DNA of 64,000 nucleotides from a candidate division FCPU426 bacterium (GTDB lineage: Bacteria; Oederibacteriota; PGYV01; Palsa-1178), in the NCBI GenBank assembly GCA_963840035.1, contig CAWIXE010000001.1, positions 332,503 to 396,502 of the forward strand, read 5' to 3'. A program made the translations under genes and the position numbers. The notes beneath the pieces were generated by a model. That model was given only the letters and a program-made list of their open reading frames with translations. It had not been told where the DNA came from and did no database searches. Positions 1-9,788 of this stretch are shown here, in pieces. How positions within the stretch are numbered: position 1 is the stretch's first letter; every line of letters starts with the position of its first letter.

Positions 1-675
1 ATCGCCTCAGTACTCTTCATAGACACCACAGACGGCCTGCCTGTAAGGACAACGCCATGCAACACATACGCAGGCAGCGTCAACATAACCGCGAACTACG
101 CCACTGATAAAGCACTGCGTTTCTATGTCAGCGACACAAACCAGTATATGACAGCAGGGACCCTTGTTGTTCAGGGGCCGCTCATGCTTATCGGCGACAG
201 GCCTGATAAAATAGCGGCGCCGGGCGGTTTTATCTGGGGCTACGGCTTCGGGTCAGGCACCACAGCGGACGATATCTGGAACGTAAAGCACCCTGATAAT
301 AATTACTACCCTCAAAATAACGACGGAGCCCATTATGTCAGGAACTTTGCGGACGACTCCCTTTCACGCCTTGAAAATGTCAAACACTACGGCACCATAT
401 ATATGGGCGGCGAACTGCGCATAGGCGGCCCGCGCACAGCCGGCGCTCCTGTTTCCAACGTGTGTATCTACGGCGCCATTTACCTGGATCCTCTTGGAAA
501 ACTCAGCATGGAAGGCGAAACAGCCACCACATATGACAATTCCCTTCTTTATGTTTACTATAACAGGGATTTTAATTCTTTCGGCATGCAGGGCGGCTCG
601 GTTGAAGTGGTCTCTTTCAGCGAATTTACTTTCCTTATACCCACTCCGAACCCGGTTTATCCCGCTTCCTTCTGA
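1..675 (+). CDS. C-terminal part of a hypothetical protein (5' end outside the window), Gly/Tyr-rich, possibly secreted
   Basis: Frame 1 is open from nt 1 to the stop at 673-675. The ORF track shows only the Met-initiated part (148-675). No recognisable motif. Confidence 0.4.
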   Translation: MASVLFIDTTDGLPVRTTPCNTYAGSVNITANYATDKALRFYVSDTNQYMTAGTLVVQGPLMLIGDRPDKIAAPGGFIWGYGFGSGTTADDIWNVKHPDNNYYPQNNDGAHYVRNFADDSLSRLENVKHYGTIYMGGELRIGGPRTAGAPVSNVCIYGAIYLDPLGKLSMEGETATTYDNSLLYVYYNRDFNSFGMQGGSVEVVSFSEFTFLIPTPNPVYPASF

Positions 676-678
676 TAA

Positions 679-2445
679 ATGGCAGCCATGCTGAATAAGG
701 CCTTAAAACTTTCGCCGCTTTTTTTTATTCTATCAATGCTTTTCTTTTCATCCAATTTGTATGATTCGTTTCAGCTGGCAAAAACCGCGGCTCTGGCCCT
801 CGGGCTGGTTTTTTTTCTGATTATTTACCTTATCTCCGGCAGCAAACCCATGTTTTCCTTTTCCCTTGCGGCCGCGTTCCTGCTTTTTTTATGGTTCTCA
901 TTCTCCCTTATTTCTTCGCGCAATAACCCGCCGCTTTTTCAGGGGCTTTTGTTTTTAGCCCCGGCAGCGTTCTTTGTTTTTTACCTGAAACCTCCCCATA
1001 TCCGCAGTCTCCTGCTTGCCTTAAACCTGACGGCCCTCACAGCCATGGCATACGGCCTGTGGCAGTTTTCCTTTGGAGGGCAGTCAAGGCCGTACTCGTT
1101 TTTCGGCAACCCTATTTTTTTCGCCGAATTCTGCGCCGGGCTGCTCCCTTTCATGCTTGCCGGCCTGATAATACCCGGCAGGCACAGGATTTTTTCGCTT
1201 GTGAATGTTGTCCTTTTTCCGGCGGTGCTCATCGTGTGCTCTTCAAGGGGCGCAGCCATTTCCTCTGCGGTATCGTTGGCGGTGTTCATATACTATTACG
1301 CGCGTTCGGGATATAAGAACGGCCCAGGCTTAAAAACAGCCGGTATTATTCTGGCCTCTTTTCTTGCCGTCGCAATTTTACTGCCTGGGTTTTCCTCTTC
1401 CCTGCAGTCAGCCGTATCCAGGGCAAAATTTCTCATCTCCTCCTCAAACCCGGAAATTAAGAACAGGATATTGATGGTAAAAACAGCCGCTGAAATTTTT
1501 AAAACATCCCCTGCCGCGGGCGCCGGCGCGGGCGCGGTCAGGCTGCTGCATCCGGCCATGCAGGCAAAGGAAATAAAGAACAACCCCGGATTTGATTATG
1601 TCAGCACTTCCTACTCCCACAACGACTACGCCCAGCTCCTGGCTGAGACAGGCGCCGTGGGGCTGCTGCTATACCTTGCCTTTATATTCTCCGTAATGGC
1701 AGGCGCTGAAAAAGCGGCGCCGTACATGGATAAGGACAGCCTTATTATTTCCTCCGCGGGCGCGTGCTCCATTCTTTTTTTCATGTGTGAATCATTTTTC
1801 AATTTTCCCCTTTTTTCCATGCCCTCCGCGCTGCTGCTTTTCGCCGTCTGCGGCATTACGGCCTCCATCACCCTAAAGTTCACTGAAAAAATCATAATAC
1901 TGCCCCGCGCTGTAACTGCCGCGGCTGTTATCGTCATACTGACCATAACCGGTTTTTGCGCTTTCCGCGGAGCGGGCCCTCTTGTGTCAAATTTTTCCCT
2001 TAAATACGCGCAGGCCCTGGACGCGCAGGATAGCCCCTACGCGGATGTTTACTATAAAAAAGCCATAAAGCTTGACCCGTCCGGTTTTTACGCTTATGCG
2101 GCCTTCGCGGATTACCTTGCCAGGTATAAGGCGTTAAACGAGGCCTTTGACATGTACGCGTTGGCCTCAAAAATAATGCCCTATTCCTCCGACATGATAT
2201 ATAATATGGGAAACATGCTTTTTATGCTTAACAGGCCTGAGGATGCCGTTGCGTACTATGAGAAAGCCATATTTTATTTCCCGGCGTTCGCGCAGGCTCA
2301 TTACATGATGTACAGGTCGCTGATGGCCCTTAAAAAGGAAAATGAAGCTGTTAAATTCCTGCAGGCCGCCATCAAAGCCGACCCTTCAGTGGTAAAAAAC
2401 TCATTCAAGGGGCAGATAATGTATTTCGGGGAAGTGACAAAATGA
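679..2445 (+). CDS. O-antigen ligase (Wzy_C/WaaL-like) polytopic membrane protein with a C-terminal TPR region
   Basis: About 10 predicted TM helices. Wzy_C-like loop motif SYSHNDYAQLLAETGAVGLLLYL. The C-terminus has TPR-like repeats (AYAAFADYLARYKALNEA..., AVAYYEKAIFYFPAFAQAHYMM). Confidence 0.6.
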   Translation: MAAMLNKALKLSPLFFILSMLFFSSNLYDSFQLAKTAALALGLVFFLIIYLISGSKPMFSFSLAAAFLLFLWFSFSLISSRNNPPLFQGLLFLAPAAFFVFYLKPPHIRSLLLALNLTALTAMAYGLWQFSFGGQSRPYSFFGNPIFFAEFCAGLLPFMLAGLIIPGRHRIFSLVNVVLFPAVLIVCSSRGAAISSAVSLAVFIYYYARSGYKNGPGLKTAGIILASFLAVAILLPGFSSSLQSAVSRAKFLISSSNPEIKNRILMVKTAAEIFKTSPAAGAGAGAVRLLHPAMQAKEIKNNPGFDYVSTSYSHNDYAQLLAETGAVGLLLYLAFIFSVMAGAEKAAPYMDKDSLIISSAGACSILFFMCESFFNFPLFSMPSALLLFAVCGITASITLKFTEKIIILPRAVTAAAVIVILTITGFCAFRGAGPLVSNFSLKYAQALDAQDSPYADVYYKKAIKLDPSGFYAYAAFADYLARYKALNEAFDMYALASKIMPYSSDMIYNMGNMLFMLNRPEDAVAYYEKAIFYFPAFAQAHYMMYRSLMALKKENEAVKFLQAAIKADPSVVKNSFKGQIMYFGEVTK

Positions 2446-3926
2446 AGGAAAAAAAAGGAAACACCGGGGTTGAAAAACTTTTTTCATACGCTGAAAACTA
2501 CCCCATAACGCCCGCGGCCTACATGGCTGTGTTTTTATGCATTTCATTCATAAGGAATTTTATGGAAGGAGCCCTTGAAAAATCCCGCTCCATCGGAACA
2601 CACCCCGCGTCCATAGATACGACATTCATGCAGATGGGCGTGCTCTTTAACCTGGAGTGGATAACCCTTCTGGCTGCCATTGCCCTTGCCGTACGCGCCG
2701 CCACAGGCCAAAAAATAGCCGCTGTCATGAAAGTCATTCTTTTTTTCTACGTATGGATTGCAATTGTCCCCTTCTTTGATTTTTTCGCCTATTACCCATC
2801 CGGCTGCTCCATTGAATATCTTTATACCTTTAAGGACTATCTGAACGCCCTGGCCTTCTTTTTTGTCCCTTTTAAGGACGCGGGCGTATGCGCCGGCATC
2901 AGATTTGAGGTTTTTGCCGCCTTTATTTTCTGCGCCGCCTATGTTTTTATCAAAACAAGATCGCTGTTAAAATCATCATCCGCGGCGCTGGCGCTTTATT
3001 TTCTGGCAGTCTCTTCCATGGCTTTCCCGGTTTTCATACTCCTGCCCGCGCTTCCCTTTAACATGCCCAGCAGCGACAGCTTCATAAAGACATTTTTCTT
3101 CGGAGTTTCATACGGCCCGGACTTTTTTGGCAGGGTTTCCCTTATGATTATTTTTCTTCTTGTCCCTGTATTAACGGCGGTTTTATACCTTCACAAAGGC
3201 GCGGCTGAATTTAAAAAAACCATATCTTCGCTTTTTTCGCCTTTTGCCCTGGCTTTCCCCGCGCTTTATCTTGCCGGAGCGCTTCAATATAAAGGCGGCC
3301 TTGAGCTTCCTTTCTTATCCTATCCCTTTGACCCGGCGTACCTTGCGGCAGGCCTGCTCGGCGCCCTGCTTGTCGGGTTTTTTGTGGAATCTTTTTCAAA
3401 ACAGGCTGGCGGGTTTTCCGCTTCTTTTATCCCGGCCCTTGCCGGATTCCTGTTCGTTGCGCTTTCATTCAGGGTCTTCCTCGTATATGTTTTTATCATG
3501 AGCCTTGTTTATCTTTTTTACTCCGCTCCGTTTAAGCTTTCGCGCTTTAAGGGTTTTGAACCCCTGTTTTTTGCCCTGATTTTCCCCTGCGTTTTTTTAT
3601 CAGGCTACGCGTCCGTCGCCGGCGCCTCATTTTTATCGCTGAACCTGCAGCTGGCTGCCTCGATAATTCCACTGTGCCTGTTTGCGTCATTAAAACCAGG
3701 CATACTTCCAAAATCCGCCCACGCTTCGCTTATGATGCTTTCATGCCTGATGATTCCTGTGGCGGCGCGGGTTCCTTCGCTATTTTTCCCGGCAATCGCC
3801 GCGGCCCTGATATCGGCGGCAATAGTCTTCATAAAAATCCCCGACAACCGTAAGAAGACGCTGCTTTATACCTTGCTTTCATTATTTATGGTGATGCTGG
3901 GGGTTTATATTAAGTTTGGTGGGTAG
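2442..3926 (+). CDS. Polytopic integral membrane protein, function unknown
   Basis: 494 aa, hydrophobic throughout with at least 12 TM segments. An ATGA start overlaps the upstream ligase gene, which suggests an operon. Confidence 0.5.
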   Translation: MKEKKGNTGVEKLFSYAENYPITPAAYMAVFLCISFIRNFMEGALEKSRSIGTHPASIDTTFMQMGVLFNLEWITLLAAIALAVRAATGQKIAAVMKVILFFYVWIAIVPFFDFFAYYPSGCSIEYLYTFKDYLNALAFFFVPFKDAGVCAGIRFEVFAAFIFCAAYVFIKTRSLLKSSSAALALYFLAVSSMAFPVFILLPALPFNMPSSDSFIKTFFFGVSYGPDFFGRVSLMIIFLLVPVLTAVLYLHKGAAEFKKTISSLFSPFALAFPALYLAGALQYKGGLELPFLSYPFDPAYLAAGLLGALLVGFFVESFSKQAGGFSASFIPALAGFLFVALSFRVFLVYVFIMSLVYLFYSAPFKLSRFKGFEPLFFALIFPCVFLSGYASVAGASFLSLNLQLAASIIPLCLFASLKPGILPKSAHASLMMLSCLMIPVAARVPSLFFPAIAAALISAAIVFIKIPDNRKKTLLYTLLSLFMVMLGVYIKFGG

Positions 3927-3938
3927 TGGGTGGTGGCG

Positions 3939-4142
3939 CTGCCGGCGGCGGGAGTGGCTGGTGTTTTTTGATACAGCACAGGCTCAAACTGCTGCTTCAA
4001 GTAAACTCGCGACATTTTCTCCGGCACGTGCGGATACTCTCAAAGTAACCCTCTGAACCTCACGCGTGTTATATTCCCCACTTTTGGATAACCTCGCCCA
4101 ATTAAACCCGTATCAAAAAAACAGCAGACGCTCACACCGACG
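3939..4142. repeat. MITE-like element family A, copy 1 (about 200 bp, terminal inverted repeats)
   Basis: Left end CGGCGGCGGGAGTG. Right end CGCTCACACCGACG, close to the reverse complement. The body is nearly identical to copies at 4208-4412 and 15384-15587. Confidence 0.6.
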
Positions 4143-4207
4143 GCTATGGGATGTGGGTTGAAGGTAAGGTCAAAAGTGGACAGGATATGGCAAAAATAAC
4201 CGCAACG

Positions 4208-4412
4208 CTGCCGGCGGCGGGAGTGGCTGGTGTTTTTTTGATATAGCACAGGCTCAAACTACTGCTTCAAAATATCTCCCGCAAATCTCTCCGGCACGTC
4301 CGCACACCCTCAAAGTAACCCTCTGAACCTCACGCGTGTTATATTATCAACTTCCGGATAACCTCGCCCAATTAAACATGTATCAAAAAAACAGCAGACG
4401 CTCACGCCGCCG
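4208..4412. repeat. MITE-like element family A, copy 2 (in tandem with copy 1)
   Basis: Same termini (CGGCGGCGGGAGTG ... CGCTCACGCCGCCG) and internal sequence as copy 1, about 90 percent identical by eye. Confidence 0.6.
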
Positions 4413-4504
4413 TACAATGGGCTATGTGTAATATTTTTCCGGGTTCCAGCGTGCGGGCCGCCACATGGGGCGGCCCCTACATGGTAAGTAATAATTCATA
4501 AAAC

Positions 4505-4537
4505 ACAAAAGCGGGCTTTCGCCCGCTTTTGTTTGTT
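4505..4537. terminator. Bidirectional rho-independent terminator
   Basis: AAAAGCGGGCTTTCGCCCGCTTTTGTTTG. A GC-rich 7 bp stem is flanked by an A-run on the 5' side and a T-run on the 3' side. It lies downstream of the minus-strand gene 4614-6401 and the plus-strand gene ending at 3926. Confidence 0.55.
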
Positions 4538-4613
4538 TCTATTTTATTCTTTCTTCTGGTTTTATCTTTACTTCTGTCTCTTGTCTCCTGACTCTTGCCT
4601 CCTAAAATTTTCG

Positions 4614-6401
4614 CTAAACGAAAATTTTAGCGCACACCATGTCAGGGTTATTGCCCAGCACCCTTTGTATCACGGCGTCTTCCTTTACTATCTTTTTTAC
4701 CATTTCCCTGCCGGCTTCCGCGCTTCTGTTGGTGTACTTCATGATAGTGTCCCGCACTTCCGTGGGTTCTGACTGCGCCACGTACTGAAGCAGCAGCTTT
4801 ACGTTATTCTCTATCGAATAAATGGTAGCGTACCTTAAAAGTATGTTTATGCGCCTTTTTGACATCTTAGGCGGCGGCCCGAGGCCGTTTAAGCAGTTGA
4901 ACACAAAGTCCATGTAATTGGCGACCGCGTCGTCGCGCGAAGCCGCGTCGACAAGTTCCGATGATATGACCATGTTCATTTTCTTGTCCTGGCCGGTCCA
5001 CTTTACCTGTGCCGTCTTTTCAATTTTTCCGGTATAGTCTCCCATGAACGTGCCTTCATTTATTTCGCCGCGGTAATCAAATATTGCGTCCTTGGCAAGG
5101 TACATGCCGATGGCTTTCATGACCTGAAAATCAATCGGTGAAAATGAAACTTTAGCGCCTTTTTTGCCCGGCTCGCCGGTGACAAAACCCATGATAAACC
5201 TGTCTTCAAGGAAATCAACGTAATTCCTGATGGGTTCTATTAGGATGGGCGGTATAAGCCAGTTGCCATCCTCATCTTTAGGGAAGGCGTTCGTGTGTAT
5301 GGCAAGAAGTTTTTTAAGCGATTCCATTACCGCGCCCGGCGTGCAGAAATAGGAATCATTCGCGCGCGCAAGATCCGGTATCTGCGAGTTTAAAAGTATC
5401 CTGGCCCCTGAATAGGGCACCCTGTTTCCTGACTTTTCCGAAGCGCTTACTATGAAGCTGTTGATTATGGATACGTCCCGTTTTATAAGGTCCGTATGCT
5501 CCGATGTAAAGGAATCCACGGCGCTGTTATCCTCGGCCGCGACAGCCGATGAAGCCTTCATTATCTCCAGTTCCTTCTGCTTTATGTCGTCTATCTTTTC
5601 CTTTATCTGGTCCACGCATTCCTGCGACCTGGCGAAAGCCTCGGCGTAAAGCTTTGTGAAGTCCGAGAGCATTTTTGCCATCATGTCGGTCCTTGCCGCG
5701 AGCAGGTCTTTCATTTTCTTTTCCTCGGGCGCAAGCTTGTTTCCCTTGCCGAGTATCCCCAGGTATGTGTTAAGGCCGTCATAATTGAGCTTTAGATTTT
5801 TCAGCTTTATGGCGTCTATCTGGCTTATTTTGTCGAAATATGAACCCAGCGTCCTTATGGTGTTCGCGGCTATCTTTAAACTGTCGTTTTTCTTCCATTC
5901 AAGCGCGGCTTTGAGTTTCTTCGGGTCAACCTTGTCTTCAAGCTTTTTGGATTTTCTTTTTCCCGAGGTGTCTATGAGCTCTATCTTTCCTTCCGCTATG
6001 GCTTTCATCTTGTCGGTAACGGAATAAACTATGTTCGCGAACGGGCTGTTTTCCTCTTTTTTCCAGAAATCCGCGAAGAGCTGCGCGTAAACGGCCGGGT
6101 CCATGAGCGTTACCTTATTGCCGTTAAAGTCCACAGTGTCCGCTATGGCGCCGGTGCACATGAAAAGTTCCTGATGTTTGTTCATGGTGTTCATTTTTTC
6201 GTTTATCAGGGCCGTCACAAGGGTGTTGTACGCGTTCCTGAGCTTGTTTACCTTTACCACATCCTCTATCTTGTTTCCATTGTCTGATTTTTCCTTGCCG
6301 AAAAATTCCAGCGCGGTCATCACGCTTTCTCTAACGGCAGGGTCCAGCCCTTCAAAAATGTGATTTATTGCTTCTCCCTCTTTTACCTGCGTTGCTTCCA
6401 T
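4614..6401 (-). CDS. Hypothetical soluble protein (595 aa), no recognisable domain
   Basis: Long clean ORF with K/E/D-rich composition and no TM segments. It follows the cNMP-binding gene on the same strand, which suggests an operon. Confidence 0.6.
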   Translation of the reverse strand: MEATQVKEGEAINHIFEGLDPAVRESVMTALEFFGKEKSDNGNKIEDVVKVNKLRNAYNTLVTALINEKMNTMNKHQELFMCTGAIADTVDFNGNKVTLMDPAVYAQLFADFWKKEENSPFANIVYSVTDKMKAIAEGKIELIDTSGKRKSKKLEDKVDPKKLKAALEWKKNDSLKIAANTIRTLGSYFDKISQIDAIKLKNLKLNYDGLNTYLGILGKGNKLAPEEKKMKDLLAARTDMMAKMLSDFTKLYAEAFARSQECVDQIKEKIDDIKQKELEIMKASSAVAAEDNSAVDSFTSEHTDLIKRDVSIINSFIVSASEKSGNRVPYSGARILLNSQIPDLARANDSYFCTPGAVMESLKKLLAIHTNAFPKDEDGNWLIPPILIEPIRNYVDFLEDRFIMGFVTGEPGKKGAKVSFSPIDFQVMKAIGMYLAKDAIFDYRGEINEGTFMGDYTGKIEKTAQVKWTGQDKKMNMVISSELVDAASRDDAVANYMDFVFNCLNGLGPPPKMSKRRINILLRYATIYSIENNVKLLLQYVAQSEPTEVRDTIMKYTNRSAEAGREMVKKIVKEDAVIQRVLGNNPDMVCAKIFV

Positions 6402-6447
6402 TTTTTCTTTCTCCTTCCATTTTATAAGAAAAGAATTTTAGTCTGTA

Positions 6448-6870
6448 TTATTTTTTTGCGCGTCTTTTAGCGAGAACTTCGTTTATTATCGCGGCGATTT
6501 TCGGGTTGGAAAGAAGTATTTTTTTAAAGTCCTTTTTATAAAGTATGAAAAGTTCCCCGGATTCCACGGTGGTGACTGTCGCGGTCCTTGGAAGGTCGGT
6601 GACAAGCGCCATTTCCCCGAAGAAAGCCCCCTGCCCGAGTTCCGCCACTTTTTTGTTGTTTATTGTTACGGCGAATGCGCCGGCGCCGATCAAGAAAAAT
6701 TTATCGCCAATCTCGCCCTGTTTGATTATGACTTCGCCCTTTTTTGCCATCCTTTTTTTCAGGGATTTTATAAGCGCGTCAAGGTCGGAAATATTCAGCG
6801 AGTAAAAAAAATCGACCTGTTTTAATGAATCCCTTAACATTGACATGTCGTCTAAAGCCATTGCCGTCAC
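6448..6870 (-). CDS. Stand-alone cyclic-nucleotide-binding (CAP effector) domain protein
   Basis: Canonical cNMP-binding signature GEIGDKFFLIGAGAF...FGEMALVTDLPRTATVTTVESGELFILYKKDF. There is no HTH or other effector domain. Confidence 0.7.
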   Translation of the reverse strand: MTAMALDDMSMLRDSLKQVDFFYSLNISDLDALIKSLKKRMAKKGEVIIKQGEIGDKFFLIGAGAFAVTINNKKVAELGQGAFFGEMALVTDLPRTATVTTVESGELFILYKKDFKKILLSNPKIAAIINEVLAKRRAKK

Positions 6871-7414
6871 CTCTATGCAGATAGTTTAACCCCGCCGGTA
6901 AGCCGGCGCGCCGCCTTAAATAACCCCCATGGCTAAAACCAGCGGCACGGGTTCTTTTCACGCCAAATTCCTTTTAAAACAACAACAAAATCCATTTTAT
7001 ACCTGTTTTTTTACTTTGTCAACGGTGTTTTATAATAGGGAAAGGGGGTAGTAAAACCAAATATAAGTCATAAACCAGGAAGAATCTCAGACCGGATGTC
7101 CGCAAGGATGTGATAATAATCGCTTTATTTGACAACAAATAATAATATCATTATATTTTATTAGGGTTTATTTTGATAATGTCTTGAATCAAGGCACAGT
7201 GTTGGGTTTGTTGGCTTGCGGTGTTCGGCGGGTATAAGAAGAATAATTTTATTCCAATTTTGTAAGTTTTACATGCATTTGCACATTGTGCTTTATTTAT
7301 AAGGGTGTTTTTCTGCCATTGTCTATTGTCAAGGCACGATGTTGTGTTGTTATTAATCGCACTTAATGTGCGAAAAATACTTGATGTTATCTTCATTTCC
7401 GGTTGTTTTCCCGA

Positions 7415-8137
7415 TTAATCAAGATCAAATGGGAATTTTTTAATGGGCACAAATACAATTACAAAAAACGCAAATAACAATCTTAAACTCAATAATATTT
7501 TTGCATTATTATTGATACAACTTCCAAATATTTCTTCAACATTTGCCAACATAAAAAAAACAAGAAAAACAAAAACCATAATTATTCGAAAAAATATTTT
7601 ATAGTTTTTTCTTCTTGAAACTGCTTTATCAAAGTTATCTCTTAGCATTTCAAGCTTTTTCAATTTATTAATTATTCTGTTATTTTCCATTATATGTGCT
7701 TTGCATTTATTTAATACTTCAAAAAAGAAAAAGTTGCTGTTGAATAGACCGCTTATTTGTAAGTTTTCCTTGTCGTTGTTTTTGTATAAAATTTCTAAAC
7801 CATATGAATCAAACATATCCGAAAGCATAATTCCATAAATTTTATTGTATTGAATCTCATTTCGTAAAGTTTTTCCACTAAATAACAACTGTACAATTGT
7901 AAACCTATCCTCTTCCATTTCTATCCATTCCCTTCCAACCCGTCTTAAAAACTTCCCGTCATAAATCATAATTATAATACTTGCCACAGCCATACCGAAT
8001 CCTGACTTATCTCTAACCGCATTATCTATACCAAATATTAATATTTCAAAAACTAATATAAATACAGCAAATAATACCATTAACATTAAATATTTGTACC
8101 TATATAAATCATACTTGTATTTTTTAATCATACTCAT
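7415..8137 (-). CDS. Small polytopic membrane protein, candidate immunity protein for the upstream RHS C-terminal toxin
   Basis: 240 aa, AT-rich codon usage, 4-5 TM helices. It starts 1 nt after the stop of the RHS-tip ORF, a typical toxin/immunity arrangement. Confidence 0.5.
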   Translation of the reverse strand: MSMIKKYKYDLYRYKYLMLMVLFAVFILVFEILIFGIDNAVRDKSGFGMAVASIIIMIYDGKFLRRVGREWIEMEEDRFTIVQLLFSGKTLRNEIQYNKIYGIMLSDMFDSYGLEILYKNNDKENLQISGLFNSNFFFFEVLNKCKAHIMENNRIINKLKKLEMLRDNFDKAVSRRKNYKIFFRIIMVFVFLVFFMLANVEEIFGSCINNNAKILLSLRLLFAFFVIVFVPIKKFPFDLD

Positions 8138-8782
8138 TTACTTTCCTTCTATACATATAGGTTTAATTATAAAATGATTTATTAATGCGATACTAAGCGG
8201 AATTTCTGGTGCAAATAAAGACGTTACAACCATAGCAACTGAAACTGTACATTCATAACTCATTTTATAAAGTGCTTTTTTAGGATCTTTTTCACTTTCT
8301 TGTATATATTTTAAATTTGAATCAAGTGAAATGGCTTCAAATATTCCACCTTCTAATTTAAAAATTCTACTAAGTTTAAGAAAATTCGCTTTTTTAATCA
8401 AATGTGCGCTTTTTTCAAGTGAGTATGAAATTAATATCGTTCCGAATGAACTTTCCTCAACAAATTCTCGACTATAATTTTCTGTAGCTAATCCTTTATC
8501 CCCATCTTCGTAATTTTCCTTAACTTTGCTTCCATTTTCTTTACTTTGTTCTTCAAAATCAGCATCTAAATGAGCCTTCATTGCTTTTAGCGCTTCTTTA
8601 TAAGCATCACTTCCTGGTTCTAATGTATTTATTCCATATGAGTCTGAATTATATTCCCCAGCAGCAACATTTATATAATAACGCCCATTCTCATCATATG
8701 CTTCCCCATATTTATCAGTTAATCCTAAAGGATTGTTGTTACAATACTCATAACTATTTATTATATTATTTTCATTCAGCAC
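8138..8782 (-). CDS. Orphan RHS/YD-repeat C-terminal toxin tip (no RHS body)
   Basis: It begins with the end-of-RHS-core motif NIINSYEYCNNNPLGLTDKYGE, followed by a unique 190 aa C-terminal domain. Confidence 0.6.
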   Translation of the reverse strand: MLNENNIINSYEYCNNNPLGLTDKYGEAYDENGRYYINVAAGEYNSDSYGINTLEPGSDAYKEALKAMKAHLDADFEEQSKENGSKVKENYEDGDKGLATENYSREFVEESSFGTILISYSLEKSAHLIKKANFLKLSRIFKLEGGIFEAISLDSNLKYIQESEKDPKKALYKMSYECTVSVAMVVTSLFAPEIPLSIALINHFIIKPICIEGK

Positions 8783-8823
8783 AGGATCAATTTCTTGTCC
8801 TGCCTGTCAATTATTGTCACTTT

Positions 8824-9681
8824 TTACCCCGCAAATTGGTTGACATTTTGTTCTCCGGATTTGATCAAACACAACCCCATATCTACAACTGATTTTACCA
8901 CGGCCTTCCTCACAACGTCAAGTTTATCCAGTCCCGGTATTTTCTGTTTTTCAATTTCCGCAATCGCATTTTCAGCTTTTTTAATTAGCTCATGCTTTTC
9001 TTCGTTTTTGTATATTTCTCCGTTTTTGAAAACTTCAGCGCTTGTTTTGCCGTCAAATATACGCCGCGGCATTTCGTGATTAATCTCATAAATCGCTCTT
9101 TCAAATTTGGCGTATACTTTTTCGTAATTTAACCCTCCTTTTTCAGTTTTCAGATATTTCTCAAATATCTGATTTTCGCGCTCCAGTTTCCCGTTGAAAA
9201 GCGGATAATGCCCGGGGCTGGGCATCGTGAGAATCTCTTTTTCTTTCAAATAACTTATTAATACTTCGTTCTGAAACTCAGAACCCCTGTCAGTTTTAAC
9301 CACAAGCGGTTTTATTCCCTGCTCGTTCATCACGCGTTCAAGCAGGATTTTCGCCTTTTCACCGGTATTTGAATAACTCATAATCCAACCAAGCACACAC
9401 CTTGAGTACTCCTCAAATACCAGCTGAACATACACATACCCTTCTTCGCAGCGTATTTTAATCGTATCTAGCGCCCAGCTGACATGCTTTTTTAGCCATT
9501 CAACTGACTTGTACTCTTTCTTTCCCGCTTTTTGCTTTTTCCTGGGCCCAAAATACTCATAAACTATTTTTGCAACGCTGCTTGGCGATATACCCGCTTT
9601 TATTGCCAAAACATAATTAGTTGATATTTCCGAAAACCTCCGTTTTAATTCCAGCACCCGGAGTATTGTTTCACCAGACAA
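8824..9681 (-). CDS. IS3-family transposase OrfB (integrase core, DDE)
   Basis: rve motifs VVKTDRGSEFQN and PSPGHYPLFNGKLERENQ. The frame is open upstream as far as the A9 site at 9865-9873. Confidence 0.7.
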   Translation of the reverse strand: MSGETILRVLELKRRFSEISTNYVLAIKAGISPSSVAKIVYEYFGPRKKQKAGKKEYKSVEWLKKHVSWALDTIKIRCEEGYVYVQLVFEEYSRCVLGWIMSYSNTGEKAKILLERVMNEQGIKPLVVKTDRGSEFQNEVLISYLKEKEILTMPSPGHYPLFNGKLERENQIFEKYLKTEKGGLNYEKVYAKFERAIYEINHEMPRRIFDGKTSAEVFKNGEIYKNEEKHELIKKAENAIAEIEKQKIPGLDKLDVVRKAVVKSVVDMGLCLIKSGEQNVNQFAG

Positions 9682-9788
9682 GGCCCACGGCGCATGTTTC
9701 GGCCCTGTCTTTTGGGGTTCCAGGGTATCTTTCTTTTTCCACGCATAATAATACTCCCTTGGAACCCCGATTGAATCAAAATACGCCT

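Noticed and set aside
7151-7396. 81-aa ORF in the AT-rich leader
   Set aside because: It has low-complexity N/T/K-rich composition, no ribosome-binding site, and overlaps the direct repeats. It is probably non-coding.
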